Shown: positions 13,491-27,760, counted from the first letter of the whole stretch. The stretch is DNA of 59,947 bases, filler included, from Platydemus manokwari (GCA_037951405.1; 5 parts of 5 records of this genome joined end to end with filler, not necessarily neighbours in it), one strand, 5' to 3'. Numbers and translations: made by a program. The notes: generated from the sequence alone by a model not told the origin.

Positions 13491-13590
13491 NNNNNNNNNN
13501 NNNNNNNNNNNNNNNNNNNNNNNNNNNNNNNNNNTTAATTAATTAANNNNNNNNNNNNNNNNNNNNNNNNNNNNNNNNNNNNNNNNNNNN
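13491..13590. other. Artificial contig linker
   Basis: 44 N + TTAATTAATTAA (13535-13546; stop codons in all six frames) + 44 N. Confidence 0.97.
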
Positions 13591-14127
13591 CATCTTTCTG
13601 TGTCATGATGTACTACAATTTGATTTGGTGTTTGTCTTTCTGTGTCCTTATTGGGAATTTAAGTTTTCACATGAATATGATTGGCCAATCCGTAGATGTG
13701 TGTTTTGTTTAGTTATGCTCTTTTTCTCGATTGTAATTTACTATCTAGCTTCACTGTAATTGGCCGATTGGTATGCCTGTATGGTCGTGTAGGCATGTAA
13801 ATGCTCAAAGTGTCAAAACAAGGGTTCTAATGTGTAATTTTGTTTTGCTTCTTGCAGAATTTCATCTTACTCAACATTAATTTGTCTTTGAACAACGTAC
13901 TGTACAAGTTTTTGTATTAATATCTATTCTAAGTGTAATAAATATGTTCTTACTTTCAAAATGCATTGTTTCTACCTAATTTATTTAATGAAAAAGACAG
14001 TAACATTATGGTTTTTTATAAATTTCTACTAAAAGTTAATAAAATTTGATATGGGTTAGTTTGGGGGCGCTAAATAACATTTATTCTGAAATTAGGGCGG
14101 TACACCCGAAAAGTTTGGGAATCACTG
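13591..14127. mobile_element. End of a hAT (Buster/Charlie-type) DNA transposon with terminal inverted repeat
   Basis: AAAAGTTTGGGAATCACTG at 14109-14127 (reverse complement CAGTGATTCCCAAACTTTT) is near the Charlie/Buster TIR consensus CAGTGGTTCCCAAAC. The next 8 nt, CTTTAAAT, fit the NNNTANNN target preference. The other end is lost at the linker. Confidence 0.7.
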
Positions 14128-16710
14128 CTTTAAATAATTGTTATATTGTAGGTTATAGTATCATCTTCAACAGTTTATTGTATCCCTACAAGAATGCGAA
14201 AATTAGAAGGAACATTGTTACAGAGTTGAAGTTGTATCTTATTTAAGCTTTCCTCGTTCCAAAAGTTTCTTTTTATAAGCCAAGAATTTAAAAAGTTATC
14301 TCTAATTTTTTAAAAAAAAATCATCACAATGGTGCTATAAATGACATCGTTATAAAATCCTGTGTCAACATTTTTCACAGATCCACAAATTTATTTTTTA
14401 ATAATAAATAATTATCTGGAATAAAGTTTTCTGCAAAATTTTTCAGCGAGATTTCATCAAAAATAGACATCGATAATAAAATTCAAATAAGGAATTTCTT
14501 TTTGATATAATTGTAGATTTGAATGCAATTTTCTGTGGAGAAAATTTCTAAAAAATTTAAAATTTCTTTGGAAAAAGATTAATTATACCTTACTTATGGC
14601 GCACCTGCTTTGGCAGAAACAAATTACTACTCAGAGAGTATCAGATATTGGTGAGATTTGTCGTTAGAGCAAATAAGCAAGAAATTAGTAAGGTTTCTCA
14701 ATGGATAACTTTACAAAGCTCTCTATAATCACATCTTATTTTAGAAGATTTGCTAAAATCAGTAAATATTTAGATTTGTTTAAAAGATATACTCTAAGTT
14801 GATTCGTGATTTAGAATTACGCGCGAATAATTTTTAATTTATATTTTTCGTATTAAAACCAAATTAGAGGTGATTAAGAAAATCATTAATAATTTAAAAT
14901 TATATTTTCAAATAGGAAATTTTCAAAATTCTATCATATCTAGAATTTACAAATAATCTGATTAAGATTTTTAAAATTTTTGCTTTGCTTTGCCACCATA
15001 CACGCATAAAATATACTTCAAAAGTAAAATGTGGATTTTAACTTCGATTAAGTCCAAAATGACTTTAAGAAATTCATTTTAATAAATCATTTAATGCATT
15101 AAGCAAAAATTAGCTAGATTTTCTCATTTGTATTATTGGGTTCTGCTTGGTTTAATGTTCATAATTTATGGATCTGACTCCACAATCCTATGGTTGTTGT
15201 TCAAATATGTCTTGTGATGTGTTATTAATAATTCAAGGTTATTATGGATAAAATATATAATTGTATTATACTAAGATCGACCGAAAAAAAGATAAAATAA
15301 CCAATAAATAAATGCCAATAAAATACTATATAACGAAAATGGTATAAATAACCAGGATTTTATTTGAATTGATTTGGGTTCTAATATGCTAGAACAATTT
15401 TAATTGCATGTATTTTAATGTTTCCTGTCCTCTCCGGAAGAAGTCTGTCGGTGATTATAAGCGTTGAGGATAGTTAGGCATTGGGTGACCATAACTATGG
15501 ATTTTACGCAATAGATTTTGTTTTTAGTTAACTAATTACGCAGATTTTTGGGCTTAGTTGGATCGGGTCCAAGCTAAAAAATAATGTGATAATTAACAAT
15601 GATTAAAATGGAATAACAAAATCGAAAGTCTAAAAAGTTGGCAAACAGTCTAAAATTTTACCATTATACTTCGAGGAACATCCCGCTGCTACTAATAATT
15701 CGTAGAAATGTAGATATTCGTATAAAAATGTATAATTTGGTACAACAGTGAATCGTAGGTCCAATAGCCGATAATTTAAAATTTCTAAATAGTTCTTGTA
15801 GAATTTATATTTCACCAAGTGAGACTAATCTATCGTTTTTACTTGGCTTTGCTTATTTTTTGTGAGTGGGGTTTTGCTAAGGGGGGTATCTGTACCTAAC
15901 CGTATTGTGACACAACTTGAATTATCAACACTACAAAAGTAGTCTATGCCCACAAATTATCTCAACCCCTCATATGTGAGTTACAAAATGCACCATTATT
16001 CAGAAAATTTCGATAATGAAATTAAATTTACTTTTATAATTTTAATAAATTGAAATATTTATTATCTTTGTTAATAGCTCAAAAATTGATGAGTATGCTC
16101 CATGCTAGCTATACTCCATTGAAGCCACTTAATGAGCCGCAAATCGTGATACTCATCTTAAGCACCCTGATTATTTTTGAAATCATTCAATGAAATTATC
16201 AGACAAAATTTTAATAAAAAATCTGCTTTATTTAAAATTTTTAAATGAAATTCATCTTTTAAAATATTTTTGCAGTTTTTTCAATTTGGCAGTTTAGTTG
16301 TTAATAATTCTTCCATAGATCTTCCATCCTGAAATGACATCAAATTTCGAGTGAAATTAATTATAGTTTATGGTCCTATCCTTGTTAGGTATATGAATCA
16401 GATTAATTTCATGACATTTTATTGATATTATGGTACTAGTAAGAAAGAATAAAGTATTTATGCATGGATGGGGAAAAATTCGATTGTTTCACTCATTGAA
16501 GATAGCTACTAGGTTCTCTAATTTTAAAAAAAGCTTGTCAACGTCAATATATTATAGCTAAATTACAATATTAAATTTTCGGATTTTTGAACAAAAAATT
16601 TTGTACTTATTTTAAACATCAATAAAGCATCATGATAAGAAAATAAAATACCAAAAAATAAATTAAAACCAGAAAACAAACTCAATAAATTCCAAAACAA
16701 AATTTCTCAC

Positions 16711-19700
16711 TTGGTAAAGTATTTTCCTCTAGTGACACAGTAATTGTACAATTCGTTTTGAGTGTTGTTGGTTGTCGGTAGGAAATTTTTATTTTTGTCA
16801 TCTGAACAAGTTTCATCTCGTTTCTTGGCATAAAACCATAATAACTGATTAAGGCCACATGCAAAAGCCACCAATACTAACAAGTAGATGAGGAAAAGCT
16901 TCATTATATCATTCAGCATTCTACCGAGGGAAATTTGCAGAGGTCCGAGATTAGGATTGACAGTGAAAATGTAGACTAATTTTAATGTACTGAATATATT
17001 AGCTGCTGCAAACAGGCATTCAGAAATCAATGTTGGATCATAGGAATCCCATTTTGGTCGACCCATTGGAATTATGTTGGGATCGTTTGAAGACTGGAAT
17101 ATAAGAAATTTAATTAAATAATAATTTAATTAAATTTAATCAAAACGCAAGCCTGGTCAATATATTCGAACTAGGTTAATAACGCACTGTTAATCCGTTC
17201 CCACTAATCAAGTTCACAAAAAGGAAAAAATATTTAAAACGAAAACTGATAAAATTAATGCAAAATAATCGATTTCATGCTATGAGATATTTTAGATTCA
17301 ACGATAACAATGTTGCCAATTATAATTAGTCCAATCAGAAGTATCAATCTATTTTTAGCTATTTTTTGTATATTGTGAACAGATTTTTTGTAAATTTATT
17401 GATCAGATCTTTCACCATCAATTCAGCCAATCAAATTCATTGAAATGACACAACAAATTAAAAAATACATAAGATCTTGAATTTTTAGAGTCTATTAAAT
17501 AAAATCAATTACAAATAATCAATAACAGTATTGAATGTATTTCCGATTAGTGCGATTTTAATAGGCAGTTGACATGTGGTGTTTATCTGATGTCTTTATT
17601 TGTCTTACTTTTTTATAGGCAATCTCTTCATTAATTTTTGCAGACTTCTCTCCATCACATTCGATAATCGCAATATCATAAATAATTCTACCGGGCATCT
17701 GGTTCATTGGAAAAGAAACAATCAAATATTACAAATCTCAGAGCGTTATCATTAATATAAACTCCTCCGATTGAATCACATTTTAATCGAACGAAAAAGA
17801 AATCAAATGGTTCAAATGTGACGAATTCTAATTAAAAGAAATTTTTGATTTAAATTTTCTCAACCTCTTCCAGATCCATTAGTAAGGAAAATCATTTTTA
17901 CAAATCTCACAATCGAAACATTGAATTGAAATGCAAAATTTATGCATAAATTTTTAATTTATGCATATATTTTCATTTTCATATATAAAACAATCGATAT
18001 TGTAAAATTATACTCTTTCATATTCATTGCTCACAGATCGGATCAAGACCATGGGAATGCAAATTGAATTTTTCGAATTAATTTATCCATAAAATCTTAT
18101 GAAGTGTCAGCGAAAAAACGCAGATTTATTTCATATTAAATATATTTATTTTCTTTTTTATTGAAATCAAAACCAATTTTTCCGATTTACATAATAAAAT
18201 TCTCATAAATTTTCATCGCCGATGCGGTGCGTTGATGTTTTATGAACTGGAGTAAATTGATTTTCTTTGTTTTTGTTTTAATTTTATTAATTCTTTGAAT
18301 TTCAATCTAAGTGGAATTATTTGATGTGTAGGCTCAATATCGGTATTGATATCCATTACTGATATCGTTTCGATGTTCTCTTCAACACTGAATTTATGAT
18401 TCTTCTCTAATTGAAGCAAAGTCTATCTATTTCACAGCATACAGATCCAAAGCTCACAGAACATTGGTTATATCTTCTGATATTAATTAGTTGAAAACGA
18501 ATCAATGATTAATGTTTAAAAATTTGATTTTCTTCACCGATATCGATTCTGAACCTCTTATTCTAGCTTTTAAGGTACGGTATTATTCACTAGATAATGC
18601 GTTATTTTTACGAGTCCTGAAGACTCAAAATATTGCAGAGGATAGTGAACGGCACAAATCTTTTAATTTAATTTTTTACGGTGGTACCCAACACTATCGA
18701 CTGCCATCTTGATACTACCACAGCGCACCTAGCAAATTTATCAACAATATAATACACTGACAAAATAAATGAAATTTTCACAATTTATTTTTATTCAAAA
18801 AAGTCTTCTTCAACTTCAAAGGTCTCCAACAGAAGCTTTACATAATCAGGAACATCAACGGCATAGTACAGGTAGTTTCTGGGCGAAGTGCGTCCGTTTA
18901 TGCACGGAGAGATCATGACGGGCCATGAATTTGTGACACCAACTTGACGGCTCTTTGAATTCCGGGTATTTTAACTCCTTCACCATCATCTTTGCCTTCA
19001 CTCGAATGGCCATTGTCGACACTACAAACCCATGTACTTTTATCCAGCTATCCACTCAAACATTTTTTCATCGACTTTAGGGTGATCAATTTGTGAGACC
19101 TGTTATTTTTATTTATTGTGGATTTTGTCTTAAGTATTATCTAGAGACTTTTTTATTTTCTCATGTTTCGCCCACAAAAAAGAAAGTGCTCAGTACCTAG
19201 TGGAGCGCATTGTCTAGGGAATATTAAGGTAAATAAAGATAAACAAGTATGCGCACCAAGGACCATTGGATTAAAAATTGAATGCGTCATCGATAAAACT
19301 ACTCACTATCCTGAAAGAACATAATTTGTCGTCCACTGGTAACGATAAAGAATTAACTGATAAAAATTAGTATATATAATTTTTATTTTTGTCAATCCAT
19401 TTCTGTGCTTCCTAATGAATCATCTTCAAGATCGGTGGGTTAAATATCAAGAAACAACTTCATATATAAATCTGATCTAATAAACACTCAGATATTAGTT
19501 AGAAAATTGTGTGGATATCCTACAATTATCATCAAATTTGAAAAATGAATCTACAAGGAATATTATGTCGACAAATGGAATCCTAAATAATTTTGTGTCT
19601 AATTAGTCGGAAATGTTTTCTAAGATATTTTATTATATAATTCATCGTAATGATGGATATCATAATCCATCCATCGAAGTATTATCAGGTGAAATTCCGA

Positions 19701-22700
19701 GAATTGCTTCTCTATTAGTGATTATTGAAGCAGAAGTTCCTGATAGGTGATCAAGTTCATTCGAGAATGAAACTCTTTCGTTGTGCTGGTGGACAGAATA
19801 TCGTTATATTTGAAAATGTTGAAATCCAGATGTAATAACTTCACTTGAACAGCCTTCACAATGGATATTTCAACTGAATCTTCATCACAATGCTATTTTT
19901 ATACATTTTTTTAATCTTAGAAAACCTAGTTATTTCGTAATCAATATGATCGAAGTCGACAATTCATGGCCAGTCTGAAATTTCTACTTTTATTCGTGAG
20001 AGGAAATTTTAACTATTTTGATTACGTTATCGCAAGACATTTAATGCATCCCTGTATCACTGTTATTACGTAAATAATCCACATTATTATGAAATAAAAC
20101 CAATTTCATAAGGAACAAACACTGGTAACCGGAACAATAAATTCCAATGAAAATTAAAATAGAAATTGAATGATTATTTCAGTAAATACGACATGTCATC
20201 GATAGATGCCATTGAACTGCACTTACCCGACAACCGACATGCTAAGAATTTAATGTTCAAAACTTATTTGTTACGAATAATCCAACAATATAAATGCGAA
20301 AAATAGATTTGGTACTTATTTTGACAGAAATATAACGTGTTATTTTAATTCAGAAAAAAAATTCCGAAACAAATCATGTCAACAAAAACCCATAATTAAT
20401 TAAATAAAAATTTCTTGACAGTAATCTTCAAAATTTTGACAATGTTTTCACTGGAATTAAATTTCTCGAAAAAATTCCAAAAAAATTAAATTTTTCTTCA
20501 AAATAAAATTAATCGATTTTCGGCTGACATTCACATATGCAGTTCAGTCTTTTTTTCAGAGGATATCTATAACTATTTATCAGTAGAATTTCTGCTGAAG
20601 CTTAAATTCAATCTGTCAAGCAACTAATACAATGATATGATTGATATCATGCCACGGATTTAAAAATATTTTTTTTACATATTTTTTTTCCTCAAATTCA
20701 TTCTTCCTCCAATTGAAATTTTCCCGGAAAAAGTGAAAAGAAAAATTATTTCGTCTTCTCCAACAAAAAAGATTTTCTTATTCTAAAAGAAATTTATAAT
20801 TTATTGTATTTCATCATGAGATTTGTCCTAGCTGAAATAGGTATTGTGATGAGAGTATTGTTTATGGATTATCAAGGTTATTTATAATTTCAGTTATTAA
20901 GAACCTATTTGATGAAGTAAAAGAACGAAAAATAATACCATTGATAACTCGACATGCGGAATACAATAAAAAGAAATCTAGTGTATATATTAACCGCATA
21001 TTATGAAATTGACTCGAGTCTAACTGCATTTAAAGGAGAGATTTTTAAGGGACTGCATTATAATAAATATGAAAATATTCGTAACTGATAAGCTGACAGT
21101 GTAGCTTTTATGCGTTTCCATGTCCTCAAAATTTAGCCACCCATTGAAAAAAATTCATTCTTTTAAAAAATGATGCTTTCTTATCTCTAAATATGAACCA
21201 TTTTCAAAATTAAACTTACTAGAAAAAGAAGAATTCCAAAGAAAATGTAAATTTACCTTAAAATAAAAATAATGCCTAGAGAAGTGGACTAGAAGTCAAC
21301 GTCTGGATTGAAATTATCAATTTTCATTACACTTTGTATATGTTGCTTACCTAATTGTTTGGGGTTAAGATATAATGTCGAAATTATTGATATTATGGAA
21401 CTAATCGAACAACAATACCACATCAATAATAAAGTATAATCCTCTTATCAAATCAAATTCTAGTGCATATTATATTTCACATTATTTTGAAACTCGAAGT
21501 TTAAAACAAAGCTTATGCCACTTTCAAAATAAAATCCTTTTCATTTTATTAACCAGATTATTGATTTTAACAGTACTTGTTATAATTTCTTTAAAATTGA
21601 AAAATCATCGAATAACTTTCATAAACTACCCCCCAAATGCACGAACTTTATCAAGCAACATAAAGCTATCATTATTATTCTTTTTCTTAATAGTTATGCA
21701 CAGTCACCATACCTTCGCATTATACAAGATTTTATTTAAATGTAACCGCTTTCAATAATGAAATCGGTTTGGGTTTTATTGGATCAATACAATGAAATTG
21801 ACATGTAGTACTGAAATGAAACCCGTGTATTTATATATTATAATTAAACACCAATCAGATAATATAAACATAATAAATATAAATAAAATTAGGAGAAAAA
21901 TATTGAAAATAATTTTGAAGGAATTTACTTTGTAATACGCCACTGCTCTCAGACTTATTGTTGCAACATAAAGAGAATTGGTGGCAAAATCTAATAGATT
22001 CCACATATCCATTATGTAGCCCTTCACACCGTTCTCCCACAATTCCTTGACCTCTTGCCAAATGAACCCTGAACGATTCAGTGAATAACACAGAGAAGAT
22101 TTAAAAATTTTTTCAAATAATTCTTGTCAGAAAATGTTCCAATTATTAGACCATAAATTTTAATTTGACGGTAGGGGTTTTGGTCAAATATTAAAAATAT
22201 TACTAAAAATAGAATCCCTAAATATTAGATTAAGTAAAGAAAATGGATCTTTGACCTAATTTCAATGTAATGTGTTTACGTGTGATATTTAATTTCAAAA
22301 TTTTTTATAATGATTTTTTTATCATATTTTGACGAAAATTTAATTTTAGTTAAAAAAGAATAGAAACAGATAAGAAAATACCAATCACAATTTAATGTCG
22401 ATTCAATATTTTGAGGATAAATGTCTCGGTTATTCAGATTCCAAAGCATTTAAAATGATTTGCAGTACCATATTGACAATCTAAGTTTTGAAGGCACCTA
22501 TAAGATCTTAAATAAAACTCCAAAATGATTGAACGGGTTGATTTATCAGTAATTGTTTATTTTAATATTTATCTTGCTTTTTTTCTTCAAGGAATGCCAC
22601 ATCTCAACTCTAAAATACAAAGGAGAAGACATCGAGAAATCATCAAATTTATTATAACAATAAATTTTTGTAAATATTTAGTTTCATTTTTGAGAATTTT

Positions 22701-24807
22701 TATCGTTTTGTGAAAGTCGACTCATTTACATGGTTAAGTTGTTATCTCACATTTATGATATCCAATAGGAATTAAATGGAAGTGCTGACCAAGTTCCTAT
22801 ACTAATCACAATTATAAATCGAAGTAGTTATCTGAAGACGTGCTTAATAATATTCTGGGTTTTTTTTTATAAAAGAATTGTAAAAATTGAGCGTATCTCT
22901 CAATTTACTTCTAATGCTGGACAAAAGAGTCCTCAATAATTTTCAACAAATTACGATTTGACCTACTTTGAGAACTATTCCAGATAATTAAATCTTAAGA
23001 GATTCTGAAGCTCTAGGGATTTAATATTTGATTTCAAACAACTATAATTCTTCTTAAGTAAAAAACATTAATTCAAAATGTCTTTAAAGAATTTAATTAA
23101 ATAAACTATATAGAATTCTGCAATACACTCAAAAAATTTAAAATTTCATTTTAGAAACCTTTTCTTAACTTTAAGTCTTATATTTAGGAATAAATACTCT
23201 TCTCATTGGATTGAATCAATAAATTATGCGTAACTGTTATTTATCTTTCACATCCTTCGTATCCCGTACAAATCATCACAATTGATGGTTTTAAGTAGAG
23301 CATTTTCTGAATAATGTCCAAAATAAGATTATGGATATTTATTTTCACTCTTTTAAAGTTTTTTATATCTGACAGTTAGAATTCTTCATCTGACTGATTG
23401 AGAAAAATTCGAAACCATAGTGATAATAATCAAGAAGAAAGTGATATTGAAAATATTAGGAAATCATAGATAATGATATGAATTCGTGATAACAGCAGAA
23501 ATCTTAACTCACAAAATGTTGAAATCAATTTTAACTCAAAACACAATTTATTGATTTTTCGAAAATTTCTGATAATGATATTATTATTTGTTCTCTTTAT
23601 TTTTAATAATTTATCTAATTCGATAATAAATATTCAGTAGTATAATGAAGATTTATAAAATAAATTTAGCAATATCATATAATACAGCACGTATCAGCTC
23701 AGAAAAACAATGAATTCAAATCAATACGAATATATTTCATTATCAATTGATGAGACCAATATTTGTTCATTGTGAACTTTATTGTTTTGGTAATAATAAA
23801 TAAATAAAGACAATTTAAGTGATAAATATCATTCGCAGAAACATTTTCTTAACGAACACACGCACACAGAGATGCCGTTCATTTTGGCATCTTCTTTGAA
23901 CAGTGTTTTATTTGCTTTTTGGTTCCTCAATAATAATTGGAAATTGGAGAAATTTATTTCCCTCAGTATATCATTGGAATATTTGTTCATTAAATTGATT
24001 TTGTAGAAGAAAATTTCCAAAATTAAATCTCGATTTGAAAAATATTACGGTTGTAAAATTTTTGAAATTATATGTACATCGATTGTGATGTTTTAGATCG
24101 ATAGAGGTATGAAATACTCGAAGGAATAGAATGCAAGAGAAGCGTATTTAAGACACGTGGCTACATCAAACAGAAATGACGTCACAACAAATGCTGTTAA
24201 TCCAGGTAATAAAAGATGAAGTAAGATGAAACAGTTGCTACTTATAATCCATCAATGATTGAGCTATGCAAAGTTGGGTTCGAAGTGAAATTCTATACTT
24301 ATCATTAGAAACAATTACAAAACTGTTCTACCGGTGTATTGTATGTTGGAATTGTCAGTTGTTAATCAGTATTTATTAGCTTCTTAACAACAATTATAGC
24401 TATTATTATATAACGTTATTGTTTCAAATCAATGATTCTTCATTATTAGAGCTGTCAATACAAACTCATCTTTACCAAGAAGGTACAAATTGTTATTTTA
24501 TAATAAAAACTAAGCTTAAAATAAGTTAATATCATTTTGATTTACAAGTAAGTTTGATTAATTAGTTCAGTCCATCAAGTCCAGTCCGTCCAAGTAAGTC
24601 GGTACAATTTAATAAAGCACACATTGAAAATGAAATGAAAAATGAAAACACAAAAAGGATATTCAAAATTATTTGAACCAAATTATTTAATTAAATATTA
24701 TCGATAGTTTATTTTGAAATATAAATTTTGAATTTAAATCTTTATAATTTCAATTCATTTTAAAATGATTTACCAGAAACCATAAATACAGATATCATAA
24801 TTAATTC
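16711..24807 (-). CDS. TRPC / TRP-gamma-like cation channel, internal exons (S2 to pore turret)
   Basis: Exons 24807-24774 ([12 protein letters not shown]), 22068-21929 ([13 protein letters not shown]...[12 protein letters not shown]) and 17093-16711 ([25 protein letters not shown]...[20 protein letters not shown]...[12 protein letters not shown]) have compatible phases and canonical splice sites. The ankyrin, pore helix, S6 and TRP-box exons were not found. Confidence 0.93.
18855..19190 (-). mobile_element. pogo/Tigger transposase relic (CENP-B-type HTH) in a TRPC intron
   Basis: [12 protein letters not shown] then [12 protein letters not shown]...[30 protein letters not shown], typical of HTH_Tnp_Tc5. 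Frameshifted, with no DDE domain seen. Confidence 0.8.
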
Positions 24808-25778
24808 CTATTTAAAAAATAAATAAAACACCGCTCAACTAAAAGAGACCGTTAGGATAAAATCATTAATTGTTAAATTTTAATAGATCTATTTATTAAA
24901 TTAAAGGTTAATCATTAGATAAATTCATATTTTCATCCACATAAAATCGATTTTTGTTCATATTATTTCTGAGTTGTGGATTAAATTCGTTATAATTAAA
25001 CAGATAAAATAGCTTGAAAAATAATTAAGAAACCCTTATTAATAATTCATTGTTGGAAATGTAACGTAAAAATCGTTAATTAAAGTCCATTATTTAAATG
25101 AACTAGGAAACATATATTATGCCTTTTTCATTTCATCATTAAATTATAAGCGTACAACTAGACGAAAGAAAATGATTCCAGATATTAGGAAATTTAAATG
25201 AAATAAAAACCATATTTATTCATTGTTTAGTAAAATATACGATAAAATTGACCAAGGTAACTCGTCACCAGGGTTGTATTATTGATGAATATAGAGTAAC
25301 AGATCGATATTATCAAAAACAGTCACCATGAACCACCAAATGATATATTTGTCGATTTATTCCATCGACAAAAGAATTAATATTCTTTTCTATAAAATTT
25401 GATTTCTTGTGTGTTGGCAAACCATCACTATTTTATAGCACACGCATTGAAAGCGAATCAAAAAGTCACAAAACACAGAAATATATTTAACCATGTTTAT
25501 TTTAATAAGTTAATATTTTAAATATAAATTCCGAATATGAATCCTTTGAGCTTTAATACTTTTTAAATTCCTCATATCTTCGTTCTTTTAAATCTTTGAT
25601 TTTTTCTAGTGTTTTGAATTATCGATTTTATCGAGTTCTGTTGATATTTAACTATAGAAAATCCTCTTTTTCCACAATCGTAATTATATCTGTGTATGAT
25701 CCTTATATTAGGCTGAGTCAAAAGTTATTCATGTTTTTTAGTTGTTTAAAGTTTTTGTTTTACCAAATCATTTAAACA

Positions 25779-25878
25779 NNNNNNNNNNNNNNNNNNNNNN
25801 NNNNNNNNNNNNNNNNNNNNNNTTAATTAATTAANNNNNNNNNNNNNNNNNNNNNNNNNNNNNNNNNNNNNNNNNNNN
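25779..25878. other. Artificial contig linker
   Basis: 44 N + TTAATTAATTAA (25823-25834) + 44 N. Confidence 0.97.
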
Positions 25879-26416
25879 TTACAACAGCAACAATAATAAT
25901 AACCATAAAATAACACTTTTCAAATAGTAATTTAGTTAGCCTTGTGGGCCAGTGGTTTCATGATTAGTAATTTTTGTATTATTTTATTATTAAGTATTGT
26001 TGATATTTACTAAATATAACATAATTAAATTCCTCAAGCCACGAAAATGTTTCTCTCCACCAAAAAGCTTTAAAACTACTGTTTTAGACAATAATATAAA
26101 AAAAGGTGACCACCGGTTTTACTAAGCTATCAGATGAAATATGGGCATATATATGTACTTAATTTTCGTTTTGAAGATTTCATTTTATTGGTCTTAAAGT
26201 CCTTTAATACATTGTTCAATGACAAAGAATTGTCAGAACTAATGCGGAATTCTGGAGGTCTAATTTTAGGATTTATTAATTTATAGATTTTGTAAATTAC
26301 CTAAGACTGTTTGTAAATGCTCTGAATTAGCTACTTGTTTAATAATTATTCATTAGAAAAATCACCAGAAACCTTAGTTAATTTACAGAAAAATTATTCG
26401 AACAATCGCTATAGAA

Positions 26417-26548
26417 NNNNNNNNNNNNNNNNNNNNNNNNNNNNNNNNNNNNNNNNNNNNNNNNNNNNNNNNNNNNNNNNNNNNNNNNNNNNNNNNNNNN
26501 NNNNNNNNNNNNNNNNNNNNNNNNNNNNNNNNNNNNNNNNNNNNNNNN
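26417..26548. other. Ordinary scaffold gap (132 N, no linker)
   Basis: Plain N run without the 12-mer. Confidence 0.95.
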
Positions 26549-26562
26549 ATATATCTGCAAAA

Positions 26563-27630
26563 ATGTCTAACCTAGTTCATAAGTTTGATAATAGTTCAGT
26601 AAACAATATGAAAGATGTTCAAGATTTGATGAATACTAAAGAACAAATTTATGATAGAAAATATATTAATTAGGAAGGTGATAGTATGAAGGGTAATTTG
26701 GAGTTAAACTATTATAGAATAACAAACCTGGGTGATCCTGAAAATGAAACGGATACTGTGAATAAACTATATGTGGAGAAATATGTGGAAAAGAATCTTG
26801 AAAAGCATCCTGAAAAATTTGAAAAAGAAATTACTAAAATTAATAAACTCATAGGGCTATTTTCTCGAGAGTCAAAACTAAGAACTGACTAAATTAAAGA
26901 TAACATAATGAATATTGTTAAACTTGATTTTTTGTGTAAATCAATAATTACAATGGTAAATGATAATAAAAAAATAAATAAAAAAGAAATAAATTTATTA
27001 TCTGAAAAATTATTATCTGAAGTTTAAAATTCATAGAAGGAAAAACAAAAGAAGAATTTATAGAGATGATGAAGAAAAAATTAAGGGTTCAATCTGGAAG
27101 GAATTAGAAAAATGAGGTAATCTCCTTAAAAAAACAAATAATAATATTAAAAAATTAAAAGAAGCTATTATTGATCTAAGAAAACCAATTAATGTTAATA
27201 TTTTTCACGATGGAGAAGAAAAGAAATTTATCCGTTCAAAGTTAAAGGAGGATAATATTGGTTGTGTTTTAAATAAAAATCTATTTTAAAAAGTAATTCA
27301 CCAAAAAAATATATAAAATATATTAAGATAATTAATAATTACCTTATAGATATGTGGAATAGTTTTGGGGAATTTTATAATAGTGAAAAGAATAATATTG
27401 GATTTGGTGGTAATTTTACTTATGAATCTAAATTTCCTCGAGGTTATAAACAGAGATTTAATTTTATATTTCTTGTTCAATATGTTAGTGGACAAGGAAG
27501 TTGTATTGGAACAAAAGATCGGACAGTTTTCTTGGATAATAATCATGGAACAGAATTTATATGTATGCTGAAAGAAGAAAAAAATGAAATCCAAGAATTA
27601 TTTGGAGATATTATCCTGAAATTATCCTGA
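26563..27630 (+). pseudogene. Decayed fibre/stalk-like gene of Polinton/adintovirus type
   Basis: One frame from ATG 26563 reads MSNLVHKF...RKYIN*EGDSMKGNLELNYYRITNLGDPENETDTVNKLYVE. This matches the G.L.M...RITNL.DP....DA.NK.YVD trimeric stalk motif. Downstream are broken K/E-rich and beta-rich fragments (27352-27630). Confidence 0.55.
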
Positions 27631-27760
27631 TATGTTGTATTATTAAAAAATTCTATTGAACAACGTAAACTATAGCATAAATTAAATTCAATCGAAAATT
27701 CTATTAACAAAAATAAAATTATGAAATAAAATTATTTAATTTCATATTTAATTTCAGAAA

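Noticed and set aside
13535-13546. TTAATTAATTAA as a biological motif (PacI site, recombination site)
   Set aside because: It is always centred in exactly 100-nt N blocks, so it is an assembly linker.
17550-20250. Additional hAT-like relics (~17.6 kb and ~19.75 kb, e.g. LCWWTEYR)
   Set aside because: Only isolated short motif resemblances, too weak without a profile search.
26335-26673. ORFs spanning N runs
   Set aside because: They are open only because N codons are not stops.
26686-26892. Bacterial contamination or HGT of an adhesin
   Set aside because: It is pseudogenised, has host-like AT content and sits next to Polinton-type fragments and a spliced gene, so an endogenous viral origin is simpler.
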